Source: Rotaria socialis
Taxonomy: Eukaryota
NCBI GenBank assembly: GCA_905331295.1
Contig: CAJNYD010000055.1
Span: forward strand, 62,001 to 126,000
Length of the DNA stretch: 64,000 bases
Reading direction: 5' to 3'
How positions within the stretch are numbered: position 1 is the first letter of the stretch; every line of letters starts with the position of its first letter. Positions 26,481 to 39,751 of the stretch are shown piece by piece. The translations under genes were made by a program, and so were the position numbers. Under the pieces are notes generated by a model that did not search any database, was not told the origin of the DNA, and saw only the letters and a list, made by a program, of their open reading frames with translations.

Positions 26481-28808
26481 ATGGATTCACTTTGCGAATG
26501 GTGTGCTAATCAACCAGCTGATAGCCGAGTAACAAATAATTGTCAACACAAGTTATGTTGTAAATGTATTATTGATGATAGAACATGTCAATCGAACTGT
26601 CCAATGTGTTGGTATACGAATGGATCAAAATTTATAAGTAACAATAAAATTTGTGGTGGTAAGCAAACAAAGAGGATTTCTAGAACATATCGCACCAGAA
26701 CTGGGCAGAATACTTGAAGTACGCGCACTCAGATGGTCAGTACTCGTAAACATACAAAAAACTCCTATCTTTAACCATTTAATAATATGCACGATTTGTA
26801 TTGAAAAATGATTCTGTCTGCGCTCTGTTGAAAACTGAAATCAATCACTGATGACTTCTTTTCAATCGATACTATAATACATTTCGATATTTGAACCAAA
26901 ACTGGCAGTGAGTAGATTTTCGAAAAAGGAAATGGCCTAACTAAATATGCATATTTCGGAAACTACATGGATGAAAAAGAGAAATTACTGCTAGTGCATT
27001 TACATCACAAGGGAAATTTGGCAAATCTCCAAACTACCATAACATAGGAAGAGAACTTTTTTAACAAATTTCCTGGAAATTTTGGTAAATACGAAAATTT
27101 CTATATTCATACTGTATAGGTATAAGAATAAATATGTATATAGATTTAAAGACCCTACCCTCAAGAATGAGAAGAATTTCTGTATTGATCGTAATGTCCA
27201 GGTAATTACCAAAATTACTAGAAAATCTATTTCCTTTTGTGTACTAATTTGCTTTCATATTATGAGTTATTTCCGAAATTAACGGGAAATTTATCTTTGT
27301 ATACGAAACAAGTTTCGGAAATTCCAGGAAATTTTTGTTGACACTCTTGTATGTCGTTTAATAGTGATGGAGAAATTTGTTATTTTTGAAAATTTAATTT
27401 TTCGGAAATCTGAACATATCTCAATTCTTACAGTGATTCATTTGAGATATATAGTTAATGAATAAAATTAATAAACTGTAATATTAGTATGTTGTAGTGG
27501 AATCAAGGTTGGTGATAAAAGTTTTCACTGTAAGGAAGGTGAACATGGCCACTGTTCTGAATGTTATGAGAATGGTTGTATATTATGTCAATTCCGTAAA
27601 ACAAACTTGTGGAATGGTGTGTATCGTACTCTTGGGGCGAATTCTCAACAAGTGTTATATACATGTCATACATGGGAAACGAAATATGAAGATTTCAAAC
27701 AATCAACGATGAACAGTAAAATGGCATTGGATAGAGACGATCCGTCACCTATGGAAGTTGACGACAAAGAATACTGTATTTCAGGTTAGTTCTCTTTAAA
27801 ATAGTTCGTAAAAATAATTGATAGTAAGAAGTTCTTTTTTTTCTTTCTTGTTCTTCCAACTTACATGAAAGATTGTCATGAGATGAGTCATCAGATATTT
27901 TGTTTTTCTCCTTGAAATTAAAACAAAACATTTCGATATAACGTATAAGATGGGTGAGACAAAACTTTTCAAATAATAAGTTTTCATTTTTTAGCTTTGT
28001 CGATCGAAATAAAAAGAAAAATCACAGTTTTATTTCCAAATAGGTCAATATCTATCACAAGAGCATACAAAGAAATCTTCAACAAATGAAGAAGTTGGTG
28101 ATTGTATGATATGTCTAGAAAAGCTGGGTTCATCATATCATAAACTTGATGTATGTGGTCATCTTTTTCATAAATCATGTATTAATCAGTGGTTTCAATC
28201 TAATGGAAAACAATCTTGTCCCAATTGTGGATATGTCTATGGTATTAGCAAAGGTATGATATCAATACATAAATAAAAACAAAAAATGTTACTGCATTAA
28301 TTACTATTATTTAGGTCCTCAGCCTTCTAATGGTCAAATGATATGCAAATTACTTCCAATACCTTTACCTGGATTTGAAAATGAAAAATATGGATCTCAT
28401 GAAGCACCAACAATTGAAATAACTTATAGATTTCCACCGGGTATTCAAGGTCCTCTTAATCCAAATCCAGGCAGTCATTTCAGTGGAACAACACGTACAG
28501 CTTATTTGCCAAATAGCAAAGAAGGAAAAGACGTATTAAAATTATTAAAAAAAGCATTTGATGATCAACATATATTTACAATAGGAAGATCATCAACAAG
28601 TGGTCAGGACAATGTTATCACTTGGAATGATATTCATCATAAAACAAGTATTCATGGTGGACCTGATCGGTAAAAAGAAAAGCAATTCATCTGTATGGTC
28701 TCATTACAATTCTTAATTGTATTCTTTTTCTTTTTTAGGTTTGGTTATCCAGATCCAACATATTTATTTCGTGTTCGTCAAGAACTTTCCGATAAAGGAT
28801 ACAAATAA
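26481..28808 (+). CDS. Deltex-family E3 ubiquitin ligase (RING-H2 + Deltex C-terminal domain) with two N-terminal Cys-rich RING-like modules, 5 exons
   Basis: RING-H2 CMIC..CGHLFHKSC..CPNC; DTC motifs GPQP, YRFPPGIQ, RTAYLP, HIFTIGRS, ITWNDIHHKT, GYPDPTYLFRV; exons ~26481-26658, 27488-27784, 28044-28253, 28316-28669, 28739-28808 join in frame. Confidence 0.88.
27049..27349. mobile_element. Degenerate MITE in Deltex intron 1
   Basis: Imperfect inverted ends aacaaatttcctggaaattt / gaaattccaggaaatttttgtt and repeated GGAAATTT motifs; right terminus reads CAAGAGTGTC on the minus strand. Confidence 0.45.
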
Positions 28809-28933
28809 TCTTTGTTTTTTTTCTCTATTAGTATTTTTATTTTTTTCTTCGTAAATATAAAATAAAACTTGAATTGTGATATACATTAATAACTGGAAAC
28901 AAAATATGTAAAGAATGATTGTTTTAGATAGTA

Positions 28934-30965
28934 ATGGCTGCATCCTATTGGAAAAGTTCACAATTTGAGCAATGGCTATTTGATCGTCAAGAATTAATGT
29001 CATTTCGTCTGCGTGATATATCATCGTGGTCAACAAATAATAATTCATCATTAATAACAGAAGATGATTATTCAAAAATACTTATTTTTTATTCAAATAT
29101 AATTCAACATATAGGTGAACAATATAAAGTTCGTCAACAAGTTATAGCGACAGCAATCGTGTATTTAAAAAGATTTTATGCAAGATATCCATTAAAAAGT
29201 ATTGATCCATGGCTACTTTGCCCAACTTGTTTATTTCTTGCTGCTAAAGTTGAAGAATTTTCTACACTCAATCATCAACGAGTTTGTAATGCAGCTGCAA
29301 CGACTTATAAAAAATATGCACATTTATTAGGTAAGATTTTAAGAAATAATTAAGACATTTTATTTAAAAATATATTAGTAATATGAATAGCGAAGTACAC
29401 AAGTACAAACTTATATTAACTGAAATTAAAAAATGATTTAAAATCATCATTGAATAAAGATATCAAAGAAGAAAAAAAAAGAAAAAAAGAAATCAGTTTT
29501 ATTTTTTCAAATAAATATTTATTTAAAGTTAAAAGAATACTTTTCTATTAATTTTGTTTTTATAATTTAGTAAAATAAGATTTTATTCCAATAAAAATAG
29601 AAATCATCAGAGTGGTCAAAGTCGTGAGATCTATAGGTGAGACCCAATTCGATTTTGAGAATCGTTCGTAGACTCCAAATTAATGTTTAATCGACACAAT
29701 AGTTTTTATGAAATGTTTTTTGTTCTTTTTCTTTGACGTAGAAAAGAAATTATCTTTTATGCTTCATCTAGCAAACAATAAAATTACATTTTTTTCTTCA
29801 TGTTGTAATCGGAAAGATCAATTAAAATTTTCTAAACACAAGTCTTAACATTTAATTTCACGGATAATACAGTTCTGAATAAAAACGAAAGTTAAACACT
29901 AATTACTTCTGCATATTGTCTTATCTTTAATTATTTTACCAGAGATGAACTTATTTTGTCAAATATTCTTTTTCTTCTTCTAATTATCATTCATTGATAT
30001 ATATATATATATTGAAAGCCACAGTTGAGTACAATTATTACAAAGAATATTATACTTTTGCATTCAATTGAATATTAAAATCTAATCTGTAATGATAATT
30101 AAGACCAGAATAACTGTTAAATTTAATTCAACATAGAATTTTAAGATTCAAATAATTAAAAAAGTAAAATATTTTCTTTTTTCATGTTCTTATTTATCAA
30201 TTGGTGACAATTATCTTGATAAAATTATTATGAATACAACTTGTTATGTATTTTTTCAAGACTATTTCTTTCATTTCAATCGGAACACTAACAAAAGGAA
30301 ACAATAATAATCATATGATCGATTCGCGTTAACGAAAAACTATTTATTCTAATTTGTTTCTGTTTATTTCAGGTGGCCCAGGAGAATATCCGTATCTAAT
30401 AAAACATATTCTTGAATGTGAATTTTATTTACTTGAAATAATGGATTGTTGTTTAATAATCTATCATCCATATCGTTCATTGGACATGTATACACGAGAA
30501 TTTCAAATTGATCAACAATTATTTGAAGCAGCATGGCGTATTATAAATGATTCATTAAAAACAGATGCTCCACTTTTATATCCACCTTATGAGGTTGCAC
30601 TTGCTTGTCTTTTACTTGCAGCAACATATCGCGATAAAATGGCAATACTTAAACAATATATGATTGATGCACAAATTGATGTTGAAAGAGTTTATGAAGT
30701 TGTTAAACTTTTACTTAAATATTATGAATTAATGACAACATATGATGCTGATCCGCCAAACGATGGAAAACAAATCAAAGAGCTTTTGTCGAAAATTCCA
30801 AAACCTAAAATAATTCCTAATGAATCATCGCGTCCATCATCACAACCCAATGAACAACAAATCCAGGGAACTATTGGACAACAAAATAATAACAACAATA
30901 CTACTACTACTGCTACTACAAATAATAATAACAACAATAATAACAACAACAACAACAACAACAAC

Positions 30966-30998
<33 letters not shown>

Positions 30999-31001
30999 TG
31001 A
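28934..31001 (+). CDS. CCNC: Cyclin C; 2 exons (28934-29330, 30373-31001)
   Basis: MAASYWKSSQFEQW, RQQVIATAIVYLKRFYARY, LAAKVEE, ILECEFYLLEIMDCCLIIYHPYR, AWRIINDS. Confidence 0.95.
30885..30998 (+). repeat. Compound (AAT/AAC/ACT)n coding microsatellite
   Basis: Encodes N5-T4-A-T2-N26 immediately before the cyclin C stop. Confidence 0.95.
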
Positions 31002-31170
31002 CATATGAAGAAAAACTCAGATAGAAAAATCAAATATTGATTTTGTTTTGTTTCTTTTTATAAAAGAGAAAAAAAGGAAATTTTGAATAAATAAATGTTA
31101 CTTAGTCATTGTATATTGTACTTTAGATTATTTCTCTTATATCTTAATCAATGTCATGGTTACTTAAACA

Positions 31171-34100
31171 ATGAGCCATTCATTGGTATCTTCATTCAAT
31201 AATAGAAAAAAATTAATAGATGGGGATTCTTCAACAGCAATATCCACCATTTTTCAATCAAATTTAGCTTGTGTTTTAAACGATCCAAAAAAGACACGTG
31301 CAGAAATCTCAACATTTTTTACTAAAACATGGGGTTAGCTTTCTTTTTCTTTTCATTTAAATAAATAAAAGAATCTATGATTTCTATTAAAGGTAATTCA
31401 TTTATTGATCGTTCACCTGATCAACTAACACGTCTTGGCGATTATAGTCTCAATGATTTTGAAACATATTTTAATAGTTTAAGAAAAAGTGAAAAATATG
31501 GTCGACCACGTATGCGACAAAATTCATCAAATGATTCAAATATTTCACAAAAACCGAATTCAGTTATCAACATTCCACAATTATTTTTTTCATCACAATT
31601 TACACTAAGTGATACATCCACATTTAATCTTGTTTTTCCAGGAATAATTCCAATAAGTCGTCAACTATCTCCTATACATTTTGAACAGCAAAAAACAAGA
31701 ACAACATCAACAAGTAGTGAGAAATCAGAAGGAAGCAATAGAAGACAATCAACTTCGTCAGCAACTAATACCACCAAAGTAACCACCAACGGAACACTTA
31801 GGTTTGTTTTGAATATTGTATTGAATAAAAACTAAATAAACTTTACTTGATTTCTTTTATAGAAAAAAAAGAATTTTTTTTTGAATAGTTTAATGATAAC
31901 ATCAAATTCCATTCAATAGATAATATTGATCTTTAATTTTTAAAGCGTAGATAATGTAATTGGATCAGAAAAAAATTCTCTATTGATTTCAAGCATTTGC
32001 CTATCGGACTTCTAAATTAGAAAAAGAAATTTTGACATGACTTATTTATCAAAAGAAAAAAGATTAAAGACTTGAATGATGTAGATTTGTAAGAGATTAT
32101 TCATGAATATTATAATCTGCGAAGTTGATCGTATTCTCAACTAATAATTAGAATGTAATTGAATATTTAAGACTTACAATAAATTCGATCGAGTTTTGCA
32201 TAGTTCTAATGATTTTCTGGAACAATAAATTCTCATCATGAATAGTAAAAGAAGTTGTTGACTTCCTTGTGTATGTTCATCTCTTAACCAACGCCAATGA
32301 AAATAAAACACTGCATATAATAGTTCTAGTTCAATAAAAATCTTTCTAGATACGATAGAATAACTAATCAAGTATATCTATGCACACATATATTGAAACC
32401 TGAGACACTTTCAATCAAACATAGTGTTTACTAATATTTTTTTGCGTCTTTAATTGAACAAAATCTATTCAGTATGAACGTATTTTCTAACAAGATTATC
32501 ATGAACATTAACGAATAAAACTTAATTTCTAGTTAGAAATTTGTTTAATCTATTTGTTTTACATTTATTTGAAATGGTTTCAATTTCAATTTCAATGTCA
32601 ATTCTCCTTTTGAATGAAATAATTTTTTGTTTATTGAAAAAATAAAATTTATGTTTCGAAGAAAATAAAATATAACATTTCTTTAATTAATTTTAGTGGT
32701 TCTGTATCCAATTCTTCCTCACCAAAACATTCAATAAGTTCAACAACCCGTTTATTACAAGATAAATATACTCATTATTTAGATGAAGTTGAATTATTAA
32801 TTACACGTGCATTATCAACAAAATCTCATTGTTTTCATGATGCTGTTCGTTCTCATGATGAAATTCAATCATTTTTAAATACAACACGTCATGCAATATC
32901 GTCCTTACGTGGTGAATTATCAAATTATGATTCTCAATCTTTATTGACACTACTTCGTCTTTATCGTTTACTTCGTCAACGACAAAATCAAAGGCAACTT
33001 CTTAAACGTTTAGAATCTTTATCTATTGTGAAACAAACTCATATACAAGTTCGAGCTTTACTAACAACAAGTGATTATTTATCGGCTTTGGATTTAATTG
33101 ATGTAACACGAGAGATCCTTTCAACACAATTGAACGATCTTGTTTGCTTAAGATTTTATGATACACAATTAAATGAATATTATTTACTTATTATTAATCT
33201 TATGAGACAAGAATTCGGCCAATATTTAACTAATCAATTGTTAGCACAGCAAGGTTTCTTTTAGTTCAATTTAAATTTAAATTTAAATTTATTTTTGATT
33301 TAACTATTTAGATTTAATACTATCAAATGATTATGTTGAAGAAGATAAACTAATAACAATTCTGATTGGATTAATTCGTGTTAATGATGACAAATACATT
33401 GATGAAATTCGATCAAAATTTGAACAATTCATATTGGATATTATTGAACGAGCAATATCATCAAATTCAAAAGATATTTATTTAGAAAAATCAAATAAAA
33501 CAACAGCTAAGACTAATAGGTAATTTAAAAAGAAAATTGATTTTTATGCTACAATAGATTATTTTTGTTTTCTGATTTTTATAAACATTTTAAAGCATTA
33601 ATTATTATGATTATTATCGTCGTCGGGAAATCGTGCTATGCTATAGTGACGAGGGGTGTCCAAGTACTGAGGATTAGGGATTCCTCATCAGTTCCCCTAC
33701 AGTTCCTTGCACACTAAAGGTAAAAATATGGAATATTCATGATAATTTTTGTTCTTACACTCATTGTCACTTGAAAAATTGTGAGAAACAATGATTTCAT
33801 GCAAAAATGATTTTTAAAACAGCAATATCGCAACTTTCGTGAATGGTGGAACTGTGAGGGAACTTATAGTTGATTCCTATTTTCTCTAGGCATCATCACA
33901 GCGGTACTGATAATTCCTCGACACATTAGGAATTCCTTTTTCTCAGTCCTTGGACACTGCTGGTTTTTTGTAGGCGTTGAAAAAGAAGAAGTCTTTAGAA
34001 AGTAATTTTTCTTCTGGTCGATAAAATTTAAAAGCAAGCATTACCATTGATAATGTGTCATTTTTGTTAAGTTTTCATCGCATAGGAGAGTAAACTTAAT

Positions 34101-37100
34101 GAAAATATCAGAACTGAAAAATGATTACCAAAGTTGAATCTTATATTTCTTTATTTTTGTATACGTCAGATTGATCAATTTCTTTTTAAGATTATTTCTT
34201 CTTTGCTTATTAGAAATTCTAAATAAATATATTTGTTATATGATCATCAATTCTGAATTTAAACGCAACAAAATTCGAGCTACACAGCAGTTCATTTGAA
34301 AAGAACTAATCGTAGGAATCCACCAGTGACAGTAATCATTAGTATCGCCGTAAATCGATTTACTCGTCTAGACATGAACATTCATAATAGTAGCAGCGCA
34401 GAATAACACCTCAACGATCTTACGCTCATTCATTTTGTTTTGTTTTTGATGGACAACGATTTATTTCACGAACAATATAGAAATCTTATTCAAAACATCT
34501 TTAGGCCATATGAGAACTAATTTTTTTTCACACGAGAATAACAAGCTGAAGAATTCCATGATACTTCCTATAGATTCAGATTGATGAAGCTCAAAAATTA
34601 TGCAATTGATGTTAATCAAAGTCAGTTATGTTTTTCTTAAATGATCTCTCTAATAGATATTCTATTGATTTTATAAAAAGTACTGTCAGTTTTATCTTAC
34701 AGTTATCGTAGAAATAAATTTCTACCATAGATAAATCTGTTGAACAATAGAATAATGAAGGACACGATGATTTGATTTGAAATTCCACTTAAAATAAAAG
34801 CTAGTGAAAATTTTGATGAAATTCAAGAAAAGAAATTCAAGAAAAAACTAATTGAATTAAATATATTTAAGTGAACAATCTTCACTGAACGAAGAATCCT
34901 CTACAATTCCTCGATACAATTATCCATCATCAATAAATTCTAATTCTGGTTCATTTTCTTCATGGATTCGATTAGCTACTTTAATTCTAACATCAACTGA
35001 ACAAGGTCTTTATCGTCTTAGAAATCTTTCTCAATATATAAACGATGCACTTTTAAAGCATCAATTAAAAATTACTTCATCAATAGGATCACTATTAAAT
35101 AATATTTACGATACAGTACAAGCTCGTCTAACAGATGTATTAACGCAAGAATGTGCACGTTATCAAGTTCATTTCGAACGTTTATCACTTGATGAATATT
35201 CACAAATAGTTAAATTAATTGAAAATTTCATATTGAATGTAAATGGCGATGATAAAAAATACAAATCTCGGCCATTCAGAACATTTTTACAATCACAAAC
35301 AAGTAAATTTTTAACTCATTTTCATGATGAAAGAAAACAACGTGTTGTAACTACATTAGATAATGAACAATGGAAACAAGTAAATTTTTTTTCTAATAAT
35401 TCAAATATAAATAGAATAAAATAAAATTGATAGGTTCCCGTTCCTCGTTCAATTCAAAATTCAGTTGATGAACTATTCAATTTATCATCTTCAATGAATT
35501 CAAATGGATCAGAAACATTAACTATTGATAATGAACATTTTATTTTATCAAATAGTGCACTTCATCTTTTTATGTTGGTGCTTGATTATTGTTCGTGTGC
35601 TCAATTATTAACTTCATCATCAATAAATGATGTTGAACATCGTCTTATTGAATTACTTAATCTTTTTAATTCTAAAACATGTCAATTAGTATTAGGAGCT
35701 GGTGCAGTTAAATTAGGAAAAATAAAAACTATTTCAGCTAAGATTCTTGCCATTACGTGTCGATGTTTACAATTTATTAAAATAATTTTACCCAAAATTA
35801 AATCACATTATGATCAATTGCAGGTATTTTTTCATTTCATTTTATACTAAACAAGCGACTAAACCTTTTTTTATAACGAAAAATTTATTTTTTAAAGAAA
35901 ATTTCCTTATGAACTTGATAGTTTTTTATTAGGCAGATATTTATACATCATATTTAATGACGATCATCTTTTTATGGAGATTAAAAAAGTACAAACTAAT
36001 ATTGTGAAATATTCAATTTGTAGATAATCAAAACATAGTGTTCTTAGATATATATATGTCGTGCCGAAGTTACACTCTTTGCCGAAGTTATAACTTCGAC
36101 AAAATTTTTGCCGAAGTTACAACTTCGACGGACACTATTGTCGAAGTTATAACTTCGACGATTATCTTTGCNNNNNNNNNNNNNNNNNNNNNNNNNNNNN
36201 NNNNNNNNNNNNNNNNNNNNNNNNNNNNNNNNNNNNNNNNNNNNNNNNNNNNNNNNNNNNNNNNNNNNNNNNNNNNNNNNNNNNNNNNNNNNNNNNNNNN
36301 NNNNNNNNNNNNNNNNNNNNNNNNNNNNNNNNNNNNNNNNNNNNNNNNNNNNNNNNNNNNNNNNNNNNNNNNNNNNNNNNNNNNNNNNNNNNNNNNNNNN
36401 NNNNNNNNNNNNNNNNNNNNNNNNNNNNNNNNNNNNNNNNNNNNNNNNNNNNNNNNNNNNNNNNNNNNNNNNNNNNNNNNNNNNNNNNNNNNNNNNNNNN
36501 NNNNNNNNNNNNNNNNNNNNNNNNNNNNNNNNNNNNNNNNNNNNNNNNNNNNNNNNNNNNNNNNNNNNNNNNNNNNNNNNNNNNNNNNNNNNNNNNNNNN
36601 NNNNNNNNNNNNNNNNNNNNNNNNNNNNNNNNNNNNNNNNTAATCGTCGAAGTTATAACTTCGACAATAGTGTCCGTCGAAGTTGTAACTTCGGCAAAAA
36701 TTTTGTCGAAGTTATAACTTCGGCAAAGAGTGTAACTTCGGCACGACATATATATACGAATGAAAGTCAAAGCAAGAAAGCAATTTTCCTTCATTACTCA
36801 TTCAAGGATAAAATGAATTGAATTATTGATTTTCAATTGTTTTTCTTTTATTTGCAGGTTTCATCTGAATCTATATCAACAATTTCATCTATTTCATCTG
36901 CTAAACAATTTGAACAGCTGGCAAAACTTTATTCGGAACATATCGATGAAATTCATGGAAAATTAATTTCGATAATTGAAACAACGTTTGGTGATACACT
37001 TTCATCATATGAAGTTCGTGCGCCAATGCCAAGTGATTGTTTTCGTACACTTGTAACACGGCATATAACTGCTTTTTACAATGCTGTCGCACGTATTGTT

Positions 37101-37316
37101 TCACCTAGTGATCTTATTCTACTTTTTACTCGTCTTAATTCAATATTTAAACAGCTATTAGCGAAACGTCTACGACAACTTAGAATTGCTAATGATGGTG
37201 GACCTCAACATGGACTCTTAACAAGTGATCTTTTGTATTATATTAAACAAGTTCAAAGTTTTCCTGGACTCGAAATGTTGGAATTGCATGTTGATGAAAT
37301 TTGGACGATCAATTAA
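31171..37316 (+). CDS. VPS54: GARP complex subunit VPS54 (multi-exon)
   Basis: NLACVLNDP..FFTKTWG, YTHYLDEVE, DYLSALDLI, FHDERKQRV..LDNEQWKQ, LFNSKTCQLVLGAGA, YEVRAPMPSDCFR, NDGGPQHGL. Confidence 0.95.
33650..33962. mobile_element. Degenerate hAT-like MITE in a VPS54 intron
   Basis: Inverted ends gtgtccaagtactgagga / tctcagtccttggacac; no clear TSD. Confidence 0.55.
36057..36748. mobile_element. Foldback element with >=108-bp perfect TIRs, TGT..ACA termini, in a (TA)n site; interior is an N-gap
   Basis: 36057-36164 is the exact reverse complement of 36641-36748; TATA on both flanks; arms consist of 20-bp palindromes. Confidence 0.75.
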
Positions 37317-38453
37317 TCCTTTTTCTTGTCTTTTATTATTATTTTTTTTTCTTGTTTATTTTTCTTCAAGTTAAATATACACACATAAAACAAGCACTTT
37401 GAAAAAAATCACTTATCTACTAAACTAGATTATTTAAAATGTCACTTTGTTTTATATGCTGCTACCGAACTTGAAAAATCTGACGTAAGATCTTGTAGTA
37501 ATACACGCGAAGATCGTATATGGATGAGAGCGAAATTTCTATTGTACTTACACTCTCACATGAAGTTTCTTGATAAAAATTAATGGAAATTATTACTACT
37601 GTATTTTACTGCGATTCAATAATATTTCCTTTTCACCAGAAAATATTTCAATTTCAATTCTAATTGACATTACAATGCCCGAAACTAGCATTTTCATTGT
37701 GTTGAAAAAAGTAGAAGCTTCATTTTGACCAGAAACATTGAAAATTTGAGCACAGCATAAATTTAAATCATTATAAAAGCAGGCGAATGTTTTACTTAGA
37801 ATACTAAGTTTCATGTGTTGTACAGACTTTTTTATGAAATTACATGGTCAATTTTTGTCGTACCATTAAGAACTGTTTCTCCACATTTCCTTTTTGTCGT
37901 GATAAAACGTGATATTCTCATGTTTTGATGTTTTGTCGCTGGTTCAAAGATATTTCTAGTCATATATTTATGTATACTAACTTCTTCTATAGTTTCTCGA
38001 AACGCATAGCAATAGTTATTGACACATTTAGATTGTCTTGCACCTGTGCAGTTTCTTGTCTCTCATCTGTTTTACGTAATTTCATCTAATCAATATATAT
38101 GCTATCATTTGAACTTCTAAACAATCGGAAATTGATTAATGCAAACTATTGTATTATTTATCCTTTCGAAGACTTGAAGTGATTGTTTTATGCAAATGTA
38201 GAGAATATTATTTTCAGTTGAATATTTTATTTGAAACAGTATTCAACATTTGATCTGCTTCGTTTTAAAATTAGTTTTATTTATGTTTCTTTTTCATTGC
38301 TTTTTTGTTGTTTTTGTTGTTGAATTAGGCAAAGTATTTTTTATTTTGTCCGATTTTAAATAGTTTTCTTCTTGTCGTATTTATTTATAAAAATAAATCA
38401 ATGAATAAATTGAAGAAATTACATCTCGTATACTCATATATTTTGATTCTTAT

Positions 38454-39257
38454 TTAATGTTGCATAAAATTGAAGCTCGCCCAAACATAAATGTGATCAC
38501 TTCCAAAAATTCTTAGAGCATCTTCGAGCGATCGATCTTGAGTATTCCATGCTTTGCCTTGTTCAATCAAAGCAACTTGATTTGGATCATAAAAAATATG
38601 ATCAATAGAAATATCCGACTCATCATCGTATCGATCAGTATAATATGAAGGAATAATCTTATCTTCATTTGATTCATTGAAGACATTTTTGAATTCAATC
38701 CATTCAAACTGATCATAAACAATTTTGTCCGCATTTAAATCTCCAGCCATAATGGACATAGAACTTGAAGTACCTAACAATTCATTGCATTTACTTTTAA
38801 CCATTTTTGCTTGTGGCAATGGACAAATATAATCTAGGTGTAAATTAACTAAATGAATATTTTTCGAAGGAATAAAAATGATTTGAATAGCATCGCCTTG
38901 TTTCGAATCAAGAATACCATTAATTATCCGGGCTTCTCCGGCATATCTCCAATCTTTATGAATCAATGTAAGAAGTCCGTTAGCTAATGACGTTGAACTT
39001 GGATTATTGGGTGCGAATTCAGATATATATCTATCGCCTAATTTTTCTTGAAAGAGAGGTATCATATTTTCTTGAGCTTCTTGAATCATAATGACATTAC
39101 AATTCCACGCAGAAATATTTGATGCAATGACTTTGATTCGCGTATGATGATCAGCAGCTAAATCATATACAGATGGATACCATTCTTTCTCAACCCAGCA
39201 AGGTGCTAAAATATTCCAACTCATAAGTAATAAATCACATGTTTGGTTTGCCTTCAT
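38454..39257 (-). CDS. Intronless EEP-superfamily phosphoesterase (CCR4/nocturnin/PDE12-like fold)
   Basis: SWNILAP, MIQEA, NLHLD, AGDLN, IDHIFY, GSDH. Confidence 0.85.
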   Translation of the reverse strand: MKANQTCDLLLMSWNILAPCWVEKEWYPSVYDLAADHHTRIKVIASNISAWNCNVIMIQEAQENMIPLFQEKLGDRYISEFAPNNPSSTSLANGLLTLIHKDWRYAGEARIINGILDSKQGDAIQIIFIPSKNIHLVNLHLDYICPLPQAKMVKSKCNELLGTSSSMSIMAGDLNADKIVYDQFEWIEFKNVFNESNEDKIIPSYYTDRYDDESDISIDHIFYDPNQVALIEQGKAWNTQDRSLEDALRIFGSDHIYVWASFNFMQH

Positions 39258-39751
39258 TCTTAAAATTAAATAAGAAATAAGATACGAAGATTTTATAATC
39301 TAAAAGTTTTCCAAAAAAGAAACGGAAGAGTTAAAATATGGAATTTTTTTCAATGAATTTTTTGTGTTTATTTATTTACAATAGTAACTATGTTGAAATA
39401 TTATTCTAAATCATTGGTTTTTTTTTCTCTTTTTCATTCTTACAGTTGCCATATTTGTCAATGACTGAAGTAATCAACTACAGAAACGATAGGTGTCATA
39501 ATAATACTCAACTTGAGTAAATCAATTGTAGTAGTGTTTCCAAGTCTATGCACAAATCATGAACTTGATCATTCATTTACCTACATTTTAAAGGCTCAAT
39601 TAGATGATTAAAATTAATTCCTATAGATCAAATTATGAATAATTGCTAAACTTTCAATTCAAATCATCTATGTTATGATGATGATATTACTATCCATATA
39701 TAAAATGAATAAAGTTTCTAATAAAAAGGTGTCGTCTTACATATATTTCTT

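Noticed and set aside
30722..31033. Poly-Leu and poly-Ile/Thr ORFs
   Set aside because: Antisense or shifted readings of the cyclin C microsatellite
36057..36748. CRISPR-like array or loxP-like sites (ATAACTTCG)
   Set aside because: Spacers are only 9-10 nt, the array is mirrored as TIRs, there are no cas genes and the host is eukaryotic; only 9 bp match loxP and the 13-8-13 layout is absent
36038..36821. ORFs of 201-217 aa in the ORF track
   Set aside because: Artefacts of reading through the N-gap and the inverted arms
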